Positions 29,535 to 39,857 of a DNA stretch of 64,000 bases are shown piece after piece. Numbering within the stretch: the first letter of the stretch is position 1; every line of letters begins with the position of its first letter. This stretch comes from a virus: positions 96,001 to 160,000 of IMG/VR virus record IMGVR_UViG_3300025015_000010; one strand, given 5' to 3'. The notes below the pieces were generated by a model that was not told the origin of the DNA, searched no databases, and saw only the letters and a program-made list of their open reading frames with translations. A program made the position numbers and the translations under genes.

Positions 29535-30707
29535 TTAAGTCAAGCCTATTTTACTAATTATTTGAGACACGGTCAGATCGCCTATTTTGACATCGTATAT
29601 TTTCTTTGCTGCGGCCTGTGCTACATCTGGTCCTCTTTTGTATTTTTGACTGTAGTAGACTTCTACCCTGGTGTCTGCTATATTCGAGGCACATTTTTTA
29701 CAGGGATCATTACGTAGTATTCGTAATATACTATTGATTGCATTACAATTTTTGCATCGCCGATACTTTTTAAAGCTTTCGCCAACGTCATGCCTATAGG
29801 AGTAACTGAATTTTTTGTTAGTGGCATCACTTTTTTCATAGACTTTTTGTTTCTTACTTAGAAGTAATTTTACCCACCGATATGGCGGGTTGGCATTCTG
29901 AGGTTTGTTACGATTCCTTTTGCCCTTTGAGTTTTTAGGTTTTTCTAGCACAAGGCGCACGTTGACACTAGTGATTAAACATATGAGATTGTATGCGGCC
30001 ATAAGTAGAGGCAGGGCAAAAGGCCGTGTATAGGAAGAATCAGTAGAATTTATTATGTTTTCCCCGACAAATTTTTTACTGGAGTCTTCTTCACGTGCTA
30101 GTACGTCTAAGATGTAGTAAAATGGATAGCTTTTTTCTGAGCCACGCTTATTCTCAAAAAAGGCGTCAACTCGTATCAGCAGTTTGGCTGGTTCTTGGAG
30201 TTCTCCGTCTAATATGGCCTGATCTTTCACTTGTTTAAAGGATTCTCGTAATACGTTATCAGGCGGTAGTGGTTTGTTTGCATAAAGTGTTTTATATCTT
30301 TGAAATGCTAGTTCTGTGATTTCCAAAGCCCTATTTTCCGTAAAAATCTCTACCATGATTGCGCAAATAGGCTCTCTAATTCCAGGGATTCGTATAGGCG
30401 CGCCTTCAAACCAGCACTTCGATGTTGGCATTTGTAGGTCGCACCATCGAGGGAACCTATTTTTAGCTAGGCAGACTTCTTGGAAAATATTGCCTATAAA
30501 GTATACGGAGGCTTCGGACATGGTTTGATAGGCAGCCTCAAGGCCAAGCTCGTTCTTGAATTCATCCGACTCCAATTTTTTTAGAGCAGAGTCCTGTTCC
30601 TCAGCAAAGGCTAGTCGTTCTAATTCGGCTTTTACAGCACGTATTCGTTTGGCACGCTCATCATAGAAAGCGAGTATTTTAGGATAAACTAGATCAGGCT
30701 TATTCAT
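29535..30707 (-). CDS. hypothetical protein with C-terminal CxxC...CxxC
   Basis: 390-aa ORF, basic C-terminus. Confidence 0.7.
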   Translation of the reverse strand: MNKPDLVYPKILAFYDERAKRIRAVKAELERLAFAEEQDSALKKLESDEFKNELGLEAAYQTMSEASVYFIGNIFQEVCLAKNRFPRWCDLQMPTSKCWFEGAPIRIPGIREPICAIMVEIFTENRALEITELAFQRYKTLYANKPLPPDNVLRESFKQVKDQAILDGELQEPAKLLIRVDAFFENKRGSEKSYPFYYILDVLAREEDSSKKFVGENIINSTDSSYTRPFALPLLMAAYNLICLITSVNVRLVLEKPKNSKGKRNRNKPQNANPPYRWVKLLLSKKQKVYEKSDATNKKFSYSYRHDVGESFKKYRRCKNCNAINSILRILRNDPCKKCASNIADTRVEVYYSQKYKRGPDVAQAAAKKIYDVKIGDLTVSQIISKIGLT

Positions 30708-31128
30708 AATCTGTAATTAACCTTCCGTTCAAGTGGTCAATTTCGTGGCAAACGACCCTGGCTTCGTAATTAGACAGGCACAGTTCTACCTTATGTTTGG
30801 ATAGATCATTTCCAGTAACCCTGATTTCCTTGGGCCTCGGTACCGCCACTCTGGCATCTGGTATAGACAGGCAACCTTCAAATTCGGTAATTACCTTTTT
30901 AGACCGCCAGATGATTTGAGGGTTGATAAGCCCAGGAATTCCGGGCAAATCAGTAATCAGCATTCTTAGCTGTTTACCTATTTGTGGAGCAGCCAGGCCA
31001 ATACCGCCAAGTTTTCGCATCAATGTTTGCATGGCCACGATAAGTGGCTCGATGTTATAATCCGATGGCACATCCAGGCATGGCTGGGTTAGTTTTGGAT
31101 CAGGCCAGAGGACTAGTTTAAGCTTCAT
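30700..31128 (-). CDS. def: peptide deformylase
   Basis: GIGLAAPQ, EGCLS, HEIDHL motifs. Confidence 0.95.
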   Translation of the reverse strand: MKLKLVLWPDPKLTQPCLDVPSDYNIEPLIVAMQTLMRKLGGIGLAAPQIGKQLRMLITDLPGIPGLINPQIIWRSKKVITEFEGCLSIPDARVAVPRPKEIRVTGNDLSKHKVELCLSNYEARVVCHEIDHLNGRLITDYE

Positions 31129-32188
31129 ACTGACGAAGTTGCGTGGAAGATACGTGAGCATACTTTCTATGCTCAGTAGCAGAATAGGCGAATCCACCAT
31201 TTTTACCCCAGGGGCTTGCAAGCGATTTGATGGCGCCGTTGATTTCACGAGAAAACACCATAAATGCTATGTCTAGGTTTTCCAACTCGGCTATCATTTT
31301 ATTACGGTCAGAAACGCTACCTGAGTAGTATTTAGGATCGATGATCCGCTCCCAAGTATCAATGCCTACCAGAAAGGTTACGCCTGGATTAAGCCTAGCT
31401 TTGTCAATGAATAGTGGCGCATTGGTCAGTACAAGATTGCCATCAAACTGAGCAGATCGCTGTTCGATTTCAACATAGTCAAGTGGCGGTTTGTCAACAT
31501 TAGTTATGGATAATTCAAATGCTGCATGAGCGTCATAAATTTCGAGTACTGTTTGGACCATCTCTTTATGTCCATCATGCAGTGGATTAAATGATCCGGA
31601 AAGTATAAAACGCTTTGTTGCTGGATATCTATGCAGTGGTTTAGGAATATAGCAACCGGGGCTGTGAAGGATGTTTACTAGGCCTGCATCAGCAACTATT
31701 TTTGCAGTAGGTTCAATATTTGTCGTATCCGTTACAGCATCGCCCAGGAAGTCAATAATAAGTTGCGAAACTTCTGCTTCTTCGAGTTCGCGAGTATTAT
31801 CCAACTCTGTATGGAAAGTACACGTTGTGTCTCGTGTTTGGTAGGCAAGGTATACTACATGCTTCCTGTTTTCACGCTCGTCGGTTTTAGCTAACGAGCA
31901 TGTCGCACCAAAGCCAACAACTTTCTCTTTTGTCAGCTTACCTGCCTTGATGTATGCTGCCATGGCAAGTTGCCTGGCTGTCAGGTCGGAGACATACTTT
32001 TCAGGCACGTGACCAATGAAGCCCGCCAAGCTTTCCTGGCCATAAGGCACGATAGCTTCCAATAGAAATGCCGAGCCACCCCCATGCTCCAAGAGGCTGT
32101 TGATAGCACCCGTACCGCCTCCCGTGATAGCCAGAACAGCCTTGTAGCCAGACTGGTGGATCTTAGTGATTTGGTTAAGAGGATTCAT
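31118..32188 (-). CDS. CinA-like plus nicotinate/NMN adenylyltransferase fusion
   Basis: N-terminal ITGGG...LEA.VPY; C-terminal GSFNPLH.GH, NVDKP, VG.DT, SST.LR. Confidence 0.75.
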   Translation of the reverse strand: MNPLNQITKIHQSGYKAVLAITGGGTGAINSLLEHGGGSAFLLEAIVPYGQESLAGFIGHVPEKYVSDLTARQLAMAAYIKAGKLTKEKVVGFGATCSLAKTDERENRKHVVYLAYQTRDTTCTFHTELDNTRELEEAEVSQLIIDFLGDAVTDTTNIEPTAKIVADAGLVNILHSPGCYIPKPLHRYPATKRFILSGSFNPLHDGHKEMVQTVLEIYDAHAAFELSITNVDKPPLDYVEIEQRSAQFDGNLVLTNAPLFIDKARLNPGVTFLVGIDTWERIIDPKYYSGSVSDRNKMIAELENLDIAFMVFSREINGAIKSLASPWGKNGGFAYSATEHRKYAHVSSTQLRQYEA

Positions 32189-32762
32189 GAGTGTCCTTAA
32201 TTCGATCCCATTTTTCAGCATCGTTCATCCGGGCACTAATTCCATCACAAAGATGAAGCATCCAGGCCAGTCGAGTGTTTGGAGCAACCGGACTACCAAA
32301 TTCCCGTCGGCCGTGATGAGCAAGAATGGCATGCAATATGTCATTGATATACTCTTCACTCAGTTTAAGATGCGAGTTCAGTATACATGATTCATACCAG
32401 ACAAGAGCGGACCTGGATATGTGGTGGATGTGTCGCTTGTGAGCAGTGGACGTCCAATCTTGGCATTCAGCATTGGGTTGTTGATAGTCCCACATCTTTC
32501 CTGCATCGTGAAACACTGCTGCTATAAAAAGCTGACACGGGTTTACTTGTTCATTTGTTGGAAGATATTTATTATTAAGTAAGCACAATTCCGCCACTTC
32601 GAGTGTATGTTTAGCTAAACCACCTTTGCCATAGTGGTGCTGCAATGGCTTAGACGATCCCGACCATACTGAAAAGCGATAGTCTTTTAAAACTATGCTA
32701 CAAAGATCCCGGACACCAAAATCGTAAGCAAGAGACTCTAATCTTTCAACTGGCGAAGTCAC
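32175..32762 (-). CDS. HD-domain protein (YhaM-like)
   Basis: HH...GGLA.HT.EV, HDAGK, ILAHHG..EFGSPV.P motifs. Confidence 0.85.
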   Translation of the reverse strand: MTSPVERLESLAYDFGVRDLCSIVLKDYRFSVWSGSSKPLQHHYGKGGLAKHTLEVAELCLLNNKYLPTNEQVNPCQLFIAAVFHDAGKMWDYQQPNAECQDWTSTAHKRHIHHISRSALVWYESCILNSHLKLSEEYINDILHAILAHHGRREFGSPVAPNTRLAWMLHLCDGISARMNDAEKWDRIKDTHESS

Positions 32763-33063
32763 GGCTCACCTCCCACGCTAATGTTCCCAACGTCTTACTA
32801 GATGTGTCACTTATCTTTTGTAGCTGCCTGAGCATGTTTGGAGTCAGCATGGTTTAAATCAATGTTCTTCGCAACAGTCGTCATAGCCAAGTCGGTAAGC
32901 CAGATCAAAAGCAGCATTAAATTGAGCACGCAATTTGTCAGCTTTGGTTTTGCGGTCTGGATGCTGAAGAATGTTTCCATCAGGGTCCAGAACAGGCCAG
33001 CCATCGAGCAGGTCAGAGTACTCGCCAACAGTGTACGTATTCATGGCAGGTGTCCTTTCTACC

Positions 33064-33104
33064 AGGGTTAATTACAGCATACCAGATTTTATTGTGAAGT
33101 CAAG
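33064..33104 (-). repeat. 41-bp promoter module, identical to the MITE target at 59157-59337
   Basis: AGGGTTAATTACAGCATACCAGATTTTATTGTGAAGTCAAG; TTGACT-16-TATGCT on minus strand. Confidence 0.85.
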
Positions 33105-34935
33105 TCTTCTTTAAAAATTCTACCAGATCGTTCAAGTCGCTTGTAATCTTGGCAGGTTGTAAGGCAGCTAGGATGGTGCCTGAGTATCTACTGTTTTTGA
33201 CCCGTCCATCTAGTATTGCCACCACGCCTTTGTCTGTTTCTCGTCGAATTAGTCTACCTATGCCCTGCTTTAGCGACATGATCATGTCGGCTAAATAAGT
33301 TCTATTCCAGCCATTTTTGTACTTTTTTTCTACGTAATCGTTCAAAAACGACATTACAGGGTCGGTAGGTGTCTCGAAGGGTAGTTTGTCGATGATAACG
33401 ACTGTTAGTAAGTCACCCGGAAGATCGATCCCAGTCCACAGTGATCTTGTAGCAACGACGCATTTAACTTGCTTTTCGCGCAGCGATTGTGCAGCGGCAG
33501 CAGCACGCCCTGATTCTTGGAATCTTACGGAAATATTTCCAGGCCACTTAGCTTCAAGTTCGCGCACCATGGTCCACGAGGTACAAAGTACTAGCATACC
33601 TCCCGTAGTGGCTTTATCTAGTATTTTTACGACCCTAAGAAGCTCGTCCGCCGTAGTACCTCGATCAGATGTCTCTGGAGCATATATTCGCCTCTGATTT
33701 GCTTCGTCAAAAACTGAGGCTATCTGTACACCCTTCTCAGCCGGGAATCCCATGAGCGTTTTAACGCTGGTCTTATCTTTGTGGATCGTCGCGCTTACCC
33801 CCACGAGTCTACCTCCGAGTTCTTCGAATAACTCCTGGATTTTATTATCCAAGATCGGAGGCACGGCAAACATGTAGGCGTCAACATAATTAGGTGTTTC
33901 TATTTTATCGACGATGCGTATCCAGCCTTCAGGTATAGGCTTGTTCATGAACTGCATGTCATCTTCGAGTTTGTAGATTCTGGCAACTAGTTTGGTAAGG
34001 TCTTCACCATAAGCAGATTCATCTGCAAAATTGTTCAGTGGTTGGCCTAATAGGCTTAAATCTTCGAATGCCGACAGCGTTTGAGTCCACCGGCCTAGAC
34101 CTGGATCAAAGGGCTGAAAATTCTTCGCAAATATTCTATCTTTGTACTTGTTTAATTCAATATCTACGAGCCCCTGAATGATTTCAAAGCCATAGATGCC
34201 CGCCTTAGATGCAGCATTAGCCAGTTGTTTAACTCGCCCACGAGATATTTTTCTCTGGAAGAAGCCTCTAGCATTTTCTCCAAAAGCGTGTACCTCATCA
34301 ATGATAAAAGCAGGTTGTCGGTCTTGAAACACCTCGGTATACATTAAGTGAGCCATTAAGCTGTGATGATTGCAGATTATAACGTCTGACTTGACTGCCT
34401 GTGCTTTGGCTTTTTCATAGAAACAGTTTTTGCATTTTTTGCATTCATCATAGTCGCCACAGATCGAAAGCCAGTCTGATCTTTTATGGTCTTCAGGTGC
34501 TGATTCCCGTCCTCCCGTTTTCTTGTCACGGATCTCGGACTCACCCCAGGTTAGCAGTCTATCCGTGATTTCGTCTCGTCCACCAGCGACGTCACAAAAT
34601 GATTTAAACCTACCCTGACAAATGTAGTTCCCTTTGCCTTTTAGAATCCCCCAAGTTACGGGCATAACCTCGGCAATTTTAGGCAGATCTTCCTTGTCTA
34701 GCTGTCTTTGTAGGGCAATGCTGCTTGTGGCTACTACAACAGGTCGGAACTTAGTAGCTAGGGCTCCACAGAGGTAGCCTAGTGTTTTGCCGGTGCCTGT
34801 GGGCGCTTCTGCGATTAACGTATAGGGTGTGTTAATCGCAGACTCGATTTCTCCAGCCAAGGTAATCTGTGGTAGTCGAGGCGTGAACCCGCTTTTGGAG
34901 ATTACTTTACGGAGCAGTTCTTCAGAGAGAGTCAT
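33100..34935 (-). CDS. dinG: DinG/YoaA-family Fe-S helicase
   Basis: EAPTGTGKT, LKGKGNY.C, Cys cluster, IIDEVH, TGIDLPG, QGIGRLIR motifs. Confidence 0.9.
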   Translation of the reverse strand: MTLSEELLRKVISKSGFTPRLPQITLAGEIESAINTPYTLIAEAPTGTGKTLGYLCGALATKFRPVVVATSSIALQRQLDKEDLPKIAEVMPVTWGILKGKGNYICQGRFKSFCDVAGGRDEITDRLLTWGESEIRDKKTGGRESAPEDHKRSDWLSICGDYDECKKCKNCFYEKAKAQAVKSDVIICNHHSLMAHLMYTEVFQDRQPAFIIDEVHAFGENARGFFQRKISRGRVKQLANAASKAGIYGFEIIQGLVDIELNKYKDRIFAKNFQPFDPGLGRWTQTLSAFEDLSLLGQPLNNFADESAYGEDLTKLVARIYKLEDDMQFMNKPIPEGWIRIVDKIETPNYVDAYMFAVPPILDNKIQELFEELGGRLVGVSATIHKDKTSVKTLMGFPAEKGVQIASVFDEANQRRIYAPETSDRGTTADELLRVVKILDKATTGGMLVLCTSWTMVRELEAKWPGNISVRFQESGRAAAAAQSLREKQVKCVVATRSLWTGIDLPGDLLTVVIIDKLPFETPTDPVMSFLNDYVEKKYKNGWNRTYLADMIMSLKQGIGRLIRRETDKGVVAILDGRVKNSRYSGTILAALQPAKITSDLNDLVEFLKKT

Positions 34936-35260
34936 TGTTTGATTGCAATTTGTGTTCTCGCAGGGCACGAATTTCGTAAATTAGACGTTTCAGTTCTAAA
35001 TATGGATACGGGTAAAACCCGTGTTTGCTGCCATATTTTTCAGACATAATTCTTTGGTTCTCACAACTAGAATCTAGGAAGTTTAACATTTCATCTGTTA
35101 CAGGATCGTCGCGTGTGCTAGTCCAATCGTCCGGACCTTCGTTATCAACGATTCTTGTAGCATTGACATAGTAGCAATTCGGGCATGGCCTATCTAAGTC
35201 AGCATAGATGATTTTCTTGTTACATGCAATACAGTTGATCTTCATCGCTTTATTTTCCAA
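34922..35260 (-). CDS. hypothetical Zn-ribbon protein
   Basis: CxxC...CxxC. Confidence 0.6.
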   Translation of the reverse strand: MENKAMKINCIACNKKIIYADLDRPCPNCYYVNATRIVDNEGPDDWTSTRDDPVTDEMLNFLDSSCENQRIMSEKYGSKHGFYPYPYLELKRLIYEIRALREHKLQSNNDSL

Positions 35261-35817
35261 AATCTATTCATAATGCTCACGATACCAAATTTCCAGTTAT
35301 TGTCTGTAGCATATTTTTTACTCATTCCAGCTAGCGTAGGCGATCCGCCCCAATATCGACCGTCGGGCGCTAAATAGTCTTGTTTTACATAGTACATGAC
35401 AACATCGATGCTGTCCGCAAAAGAATTAAATGTCCAAGCCGAATTCATAGGCGAGGCGCCGAAAGCGCCATAGCCGAACAGATTTTTCTTCTTCCTGGCT
35501 ATTTTTGATTTTCCCCAGCCAGATTCCCAAGCCGCGTGGGCCATAATATATACTGCATTGATACTATACTTGTCTTGAGCCGAGACGAGCGCTCTACCAA
35601 GACCGTACATTTCTTTCATCTGCCGCCGCTCAAAATACAAATCAAAGTCTTCTGCAATTACAGGCACCTGCTGTGTCAAGTCAGTATCGATAGTGAATTC
35701 TATTGGTGTACGCGGAGCGGCAACGGGTCTACTGGTAGGTACAACGGCAAATGGCGCTACCGAGTCCAGGGCAGCCACTAGCAGCACGAGCGTAGTGAAT
35801 TTAGATAGATTGTACAT
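35242..35817 (-). CDS. GH73 glucosaminidase-domain protein (paralog of 1228)
   Basis: INAVYIMAHAAWESGWGKS, NLFGYGA, YATD. Confidence 0.88.
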   Translation of the reverse strand: MYNLSKFTTLVLLVAALDSVAPFAVVPTSRPVAAPRTPIEFTIDTDLTQQVPVIAEDFDLYFERRQMKEMYGLGRALVSAQDKYSINAVYIMAHAAWESGWGKSKIARKKKNLFGYGAFGASPMNSAWTFNSFADSIDVVMYYVKQDYLAPDGRYWGGSPTLAGMSKKYATDNNWKFGIVSIMNRFWKIKR

Positions 35818-36072
35818 GATTATCCTTTTCTGGCACAGGAACAGTTCGAGCAAACCACTCCATGGCTATTAGTCGTTCGCCGATTTTTTCAAATCCATAG
35901 ATAAATATGCCGTGTGCATGGATGTCTACTCTGTGTACGGTCATTTCACCTACGCACGACATGCCATCAAAAGCGTTTGCTGTGGGCCAAGAAATATCTA
36001 TGTTGTCCGCGAAGCGTAGTGGCTTCTTGACTTGATTTCCGCGTTTATCTAGGCAGCGATGCACGGAGCAGA

Positions 36073-36456
36073 TCATGAATTACTCACTATAGCTAAAGGG
36101 TCAATAACATCAATAATCTCCCAGTTTTCATAGAATGATCCCGACACCCACAAAGCATCTGGGTGGTAGCCTGAACCGCCGCAGCTTGGGCACTCTTTGC
36201 TGTCGCGCTCTACCGAGAAGTAAAAATTTGCTAGCTCGTTGAGATCATCGAGTTCCCACGGCCCAAATTCGGACCAAGTATTAGGCAGTTGCCTGGAATT
36301 CCAGCCATCTCCACTGTCGCTCATGTAATCTTCGTGCGGTCCCCAACAGGTGTAATCTGGGTTTAGTTTAAGTAGCCTGACCATCCATGGCTGGGCATTT
36401 AATTCAGCCAGGTCTTCTTGATCATACTTGTTGTCAGCATCCGGGTAATGGCGCAT
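36073..36456 (-). CDS. hypothetical protein
   Basis: AGGAG RBS; CPSCGGSG. Confidence 0.6.
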   Translation of the reverse strand: MRHYPDADNKYDQEDLAELNAQPWMVRLLKLNPDYTCWGPHEDYMSDSGDGWNSRQLPNTWSEFGPWELDDLNELANFYFSVERDSKECPSCGGSGYHPDALWVSGSFYENWEIIDVIDPLAIVSNS

Positions 36457-36980
36457 CGCTTTCTCCTTTAGATCAATTCCAATATGGCCTTAACTGTGTC
36501 AAATTTCGCTATGTCTAGCATTTTAGTTGCTTTGGTCAAGTACCTTTCCCGTTCGCCTCTGGGATAGTACCACTCAGAGTATTCCCAGTCGCACATGTCA
36601 ATGTGGTTAGAGGTACAGATAGCCTTGTGCATCATTTCGGCAAGTTCTTCAGCTTCGGTCATGGCCTGTTTCTTTCCACTAGGTCAAGTAATATCAACAC
36701 TTCTTCCTTAGTTAACCTAGCCTCGACCCAGATTTCCTTGTTGTTGCTGCGCGGCTGGCCAGTAAGACTTAAAGCTAGCTCCCTAGTTATCTTGTCGGCC
36801 GTCAGAGTATCTAGCGGACTACTCATCGGCAAGACAATAACACCGGTTACCAAGGGTCTGTCTCCAGCAGTGCGTGCAGTACACATCTGATAGAGCAGCT
36901 ATAATATCTTTGCGTTCGTCTACAGTTGTGCCGTCAAGTAGTTCCAGGATTAGTTCAATCTTTGTTGCTGTATTCATTGT

Positions 36981-37353
36981 CTATCGCTTTCTATTCCTCT
37001 TTTTAACAGGAACTACTAGTAGCTTTTGAGCTACAATTACCTTGCACCCATGCTGCATTCCAGTCGCAGTAACCTCTTTGAATTTTACTTTTCTTATGAC
37101 GTTATATCCAGATTCTCTTGCAGATTCTCTTGCAGAGTCTCGGCTAGTATAAATATGAAAACCAGCTTTGTATTTCTTATCCTCATGATTAGTACACAGA
37201 ATAATGCATCTTTTCCCGTTATTGGCATCGAGCTATCTATTCACAGGAAATATGTAGTCTGTAAATGGTCCTTCCAGTTTGCCTTCACGTCCAACAAAAG
37301 ACTTTCCAACCACAGTCTTTTGTTGGAAAGTCTTTAAGCCTGTCTAAGCACAT
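36981..37353 (-). pseudogene. degraded hypothetical gene
   Basis: MCLDRL start, frameshift in a quasi-palindrome near 37290-37335, internal TAG, then protein-like YKAGFHIY...KVIVAQK. Confidence 0.5.
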
Positions 37354-37370
37354 GCTGTTTTGCCTTTCTA

Positions 37371-37574
37371 TTAGCCTTTAACGGCTAAAATGACTACGTA
37401 GCCTAGAAAAACAACTCCCAGAAGAAGTAGCACCAAGACCGGCAGCCCCCACAGTGGTGCGGTTACCCACCACCAAGACCAGTCGATGTTATGTGTGATC
37501 TTTAGACCAAGAAACAAGATGAACATCATTCCGCACAACCCGATCCCGCTACTATGTGTGTTATTGCTTGCCAC
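37371..37574 (-). CDS. small membrane protein (IDWSWWWV.APLW family)
   Basis: conserved phage TM pattern; TTGACT-16-TATACT promoter at 37604-37631. Confidence 0.75.
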   Translation of the reverse strand: MASNNTHSSGIGLCGMMFILFLGLKITHNIDWSWWWVTAPLWGLPVLVLLLLGVVFLGYVVILAVKG

Positions 37575-37634
37575 GGCTTTCCTCCCTCTTTAGAGTTGAT
37601 TACAGTATATCAGGTTTTACTGCGAAGTCAAGAG

Positions 37635-38147
37635 TTACTTTTCAAAATTCATTTTCCTGGCGTAGATATTTGGCTCGAATATCCTGCCTTGGTAGTCGGG
37701 CAGTATGATATTAACTTTAGATGTCACAGCCTTTGTAGTAATGTCCTGAGAATGCAGCCTATATCCCCACGGTCCTAGGAAGTGAGACAGTAAGTAATCT
37801 AGCCACTTTGTGTAGTTGTAAAGTTTGTTGGGATCGCCGACCCAGTCTATGCACTGCCCAGACTCAGTCGGTGCCCACTGGCACCACAGTCCTGGCATAC
37901 CGATAGGCGGCGAAGACCTAGAAATCACTGAATTGTCCGACTCTTGTCCCAAGTTACCTAATCCACCAGTAAAGTAACAGCCTTGTTCACCAATGGGCAG
38001 TCCCACAGCTTCACGCAATGGATCTGCTAGTTTCAATGCCAACTGAATATCTCGTTTCATATGCTTAACGTCAGCAAATCGTTGTAGGTAAGCCAAGTGC
38101 TTAGGCTTAAGACACCTGTCCAGTCTGTGAGATAGTGCAAGAGTCAT
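37635..38147 (-). CDS. conserved phage hypothetical protein
   Basis: PG.WCQW.P...Y.Y..WL.YL pattern. Confidence 0.65.
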   Translation of the reverse strand: MTLALSHRLDRCLKPKHLAYLQRFADVKHMKRDIQLALKLADPLREAVGLPIGEQGCYFTGGLGNLGQESDNSVISRSSPPIGMPGLWCQWAPTESGQCIDWVGDPNKLYNYTKWLDYLLSHFLGPWGYRLHSQDITTKAVTSKVNIILPDYQGRIFEPNIYARKMNFEK

Positions 38148-38426
38148 TAGGAATTTCCTAGGTACTTGTTCATCCGATCATGCCACTTTTGTGAACGAGC
38201 ATAGTGTCGTTCAGCTAGTTCTTTCTGGCTGATCTCGGTAGCTAGATTACCTAAAGCCAGCCAATAAGCAGCTTGGCGTTTGGCACTTAGCATTTGCTGG
38301 TATCGTCTTTGTGACATACTATTTGCGCCTCCGTGTAACCAATAATTGAAATCCAGCGAGGATCAATCCTACAACGCATCCGACCCAGAATCCTTTGTCC
38401 ATATTAGGCTCCGTTTAGTCATTGAG

Positions 38427-38508
38427 ATTATACTATTTTCAAATCGGAAGTCAAGAGATAAATTATTTGAAATATAAGCTTGACTTGCTGATCAGGTAGT
38501 GATACAAT
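38427..38508. promoter_or_regulatory. divergent sigma70-type promoters
   Basis: minus TTGACT-16-TATAAT (38427-38454); plus TTGACT-17-TACAAT (38480-38508). Confidence 0.75.
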
Positions 38509-38514
38509 CTTTGA

Positions 38515-38946
38515 CGTTGAGCAGGTGACATCTGGCAGTGCTGAGTTAGCGAGAGTGATACTCTCATGGAAGCTAGGTGGTTTGCCGATGGCGGGAAAGG
38601 GCGAAGTCAGCGCTCCATCGCGTCGGACACCTGCTGTAACTGGACTCTGAAAAGGGTCCAAAATTAGACAGTTAAGACGAGCAACCGGGGGGATACCTTC
38701 CACCAGGTATTCGTTTAGGGCGTAAGTCCTAAGGATGTGAAAGACTATGGGAAAGTAGATGCCCAGGGATATTTCCCGACGGGTAGTGCCAACGGCATGG
38801 TTAAATGGCAAGTTGATAGTTACGGACGTTTATGCTATACTGGTAAACGACGGGTAATAACCTTGGCCATCTACCGGAATTAAACCACCGGCTATCTTAT
38901 GCAAGTACTAGGGAGAACAGGTTGATAGCCTAGTTCTAGGCTTTTT
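38515..38946 (+). ncRNA. candidate large structured ncRNA (about 430 nt)
   Basis: promoter, multiple helices, long-range GGTGGTTT/AAACCACC pairing, terminator-like end; no plus-strand ORF. Confidence 0.6.
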
Positions 38947-39026
38947 AGAGAAGTGTCCACAATCCCAGCCTTCTCACTGTTTTTTGTCATATAAGATACA
39001 AAATATTTCCTTAGACGGAGGATATC

Positions 39027-39293
39027 GTGAAGAAGTTTTTTGGAGTATGTTGTCTGGCTTTTGTGCTTGTAGTCTCGGCCTGTACTCAAAATAGCCGCGC
39101 CAAGAGTTTTGGAGGCACTGCGACTATTACACTGCCAGCAGGTAAGACTTTAGTAACAGCTACTTGGAAGGATGATCATCTATGGTATTTGACTCGTGAT
39201 CGGTCTGTAGGTGAAACGCCAACTACATATCAATTTCACGAGAAAAGTTCTTATGGCGTGCTACAAGGCGCCATCATTTTTGAGGAGAAGTAA
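39027..39293 (+). CDS. small lipoprotein
   Basis: VSAC lipobox; GGAGG RBS. Confidence 0.75.
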   Translation: MKKFFGVCCLAFVLVVSACTQNSRAKSFGGTATITLPAGKTLVTATWKDDHLWYLTRDRSVGETPTTYQFHEKSSYGVLQGAIIFEEK

Positions 39294-39295
39294 AG

Positions 39296-39856
39296 ATGAG
39301 AATAGCTTTGTTTTTGGTAGTCTGTTTGGCGGCTTCGCCAGTATTTGCTCAGCAGATTAGAACTGTGCAGGTTCCAGAGAATATGCTGACAGCCGAACAG
39401 AAAGCTCAGATTGAAGCCGAGAATCTAAAGTCTAGGGTGGAGCAGTATGGTAACTGGGTTGGTTTCGGAGCCGAACTCGGCCACGCTGTAGATAGTTCTC
39501 TGGGAGCACTGACCGAGCGTGCTGATCAGTTTTCAAAGACTGGCGTGGGTAAGTTTACTCTGGTGTTGGTAGCCTGGAGGGTAATCGGTGAGGATTTCGC
39601 CAGGATTGTTATCGGGCTGGGGCTATTTTTAGTCCTTATTCCTATCTGGGTTTGGTCATTTCATCGGAATGTGGTTGAACGGTCGGTTCTACTGAAAGTG
39701 CTTCCGGATAAGACTCGTGAATATAAAGTCGTAAACAAGCGCGACGAATTCAAGCACAGTAGTGTGGCAGACCAGAAAACGTGTTATATGCTGTGGCATT
39801 GGCTTATTCTAGGCTTAATCGTTGTGCTCAACAGTCTGCTGATGTTCGCAGGCTAA
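39296..39856 (+). CDS. membrane protein
   Basis: signal peptide plus TM segments. Confidence 0.75.
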   Translation: MRIALFLVVCLAASPVFAQQIRTVQVPENMLTAEQKAQIEAENLKSRVEQYGNWVGFGAELGHAVDSSLGALTERADQFSKTGVGKFTLVLVAWRVIGEDFARIVIGLGLFLVLIPIWVWSFHRNVVERSVLLKVLPDKTREYKVVNKRDEFKHSSVADQKTCYMLWHWLILGLIVVLNSLLMFAG

Positions 39857-39857
39857 T

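Noticed and set aside
38428-38811. 127-aa minus-strand ORF over the candidate ncRNA
   Set aside because: TTG start without RBS, runs through both promoters, atypical composition
38590-38900. RNase P RNA or group I intron identity
   Set aside because: GAAGTCAGCGCTCCAT only loosely resembles the P4 region and has no matching 3' partner; no group I P7 pair or host gene
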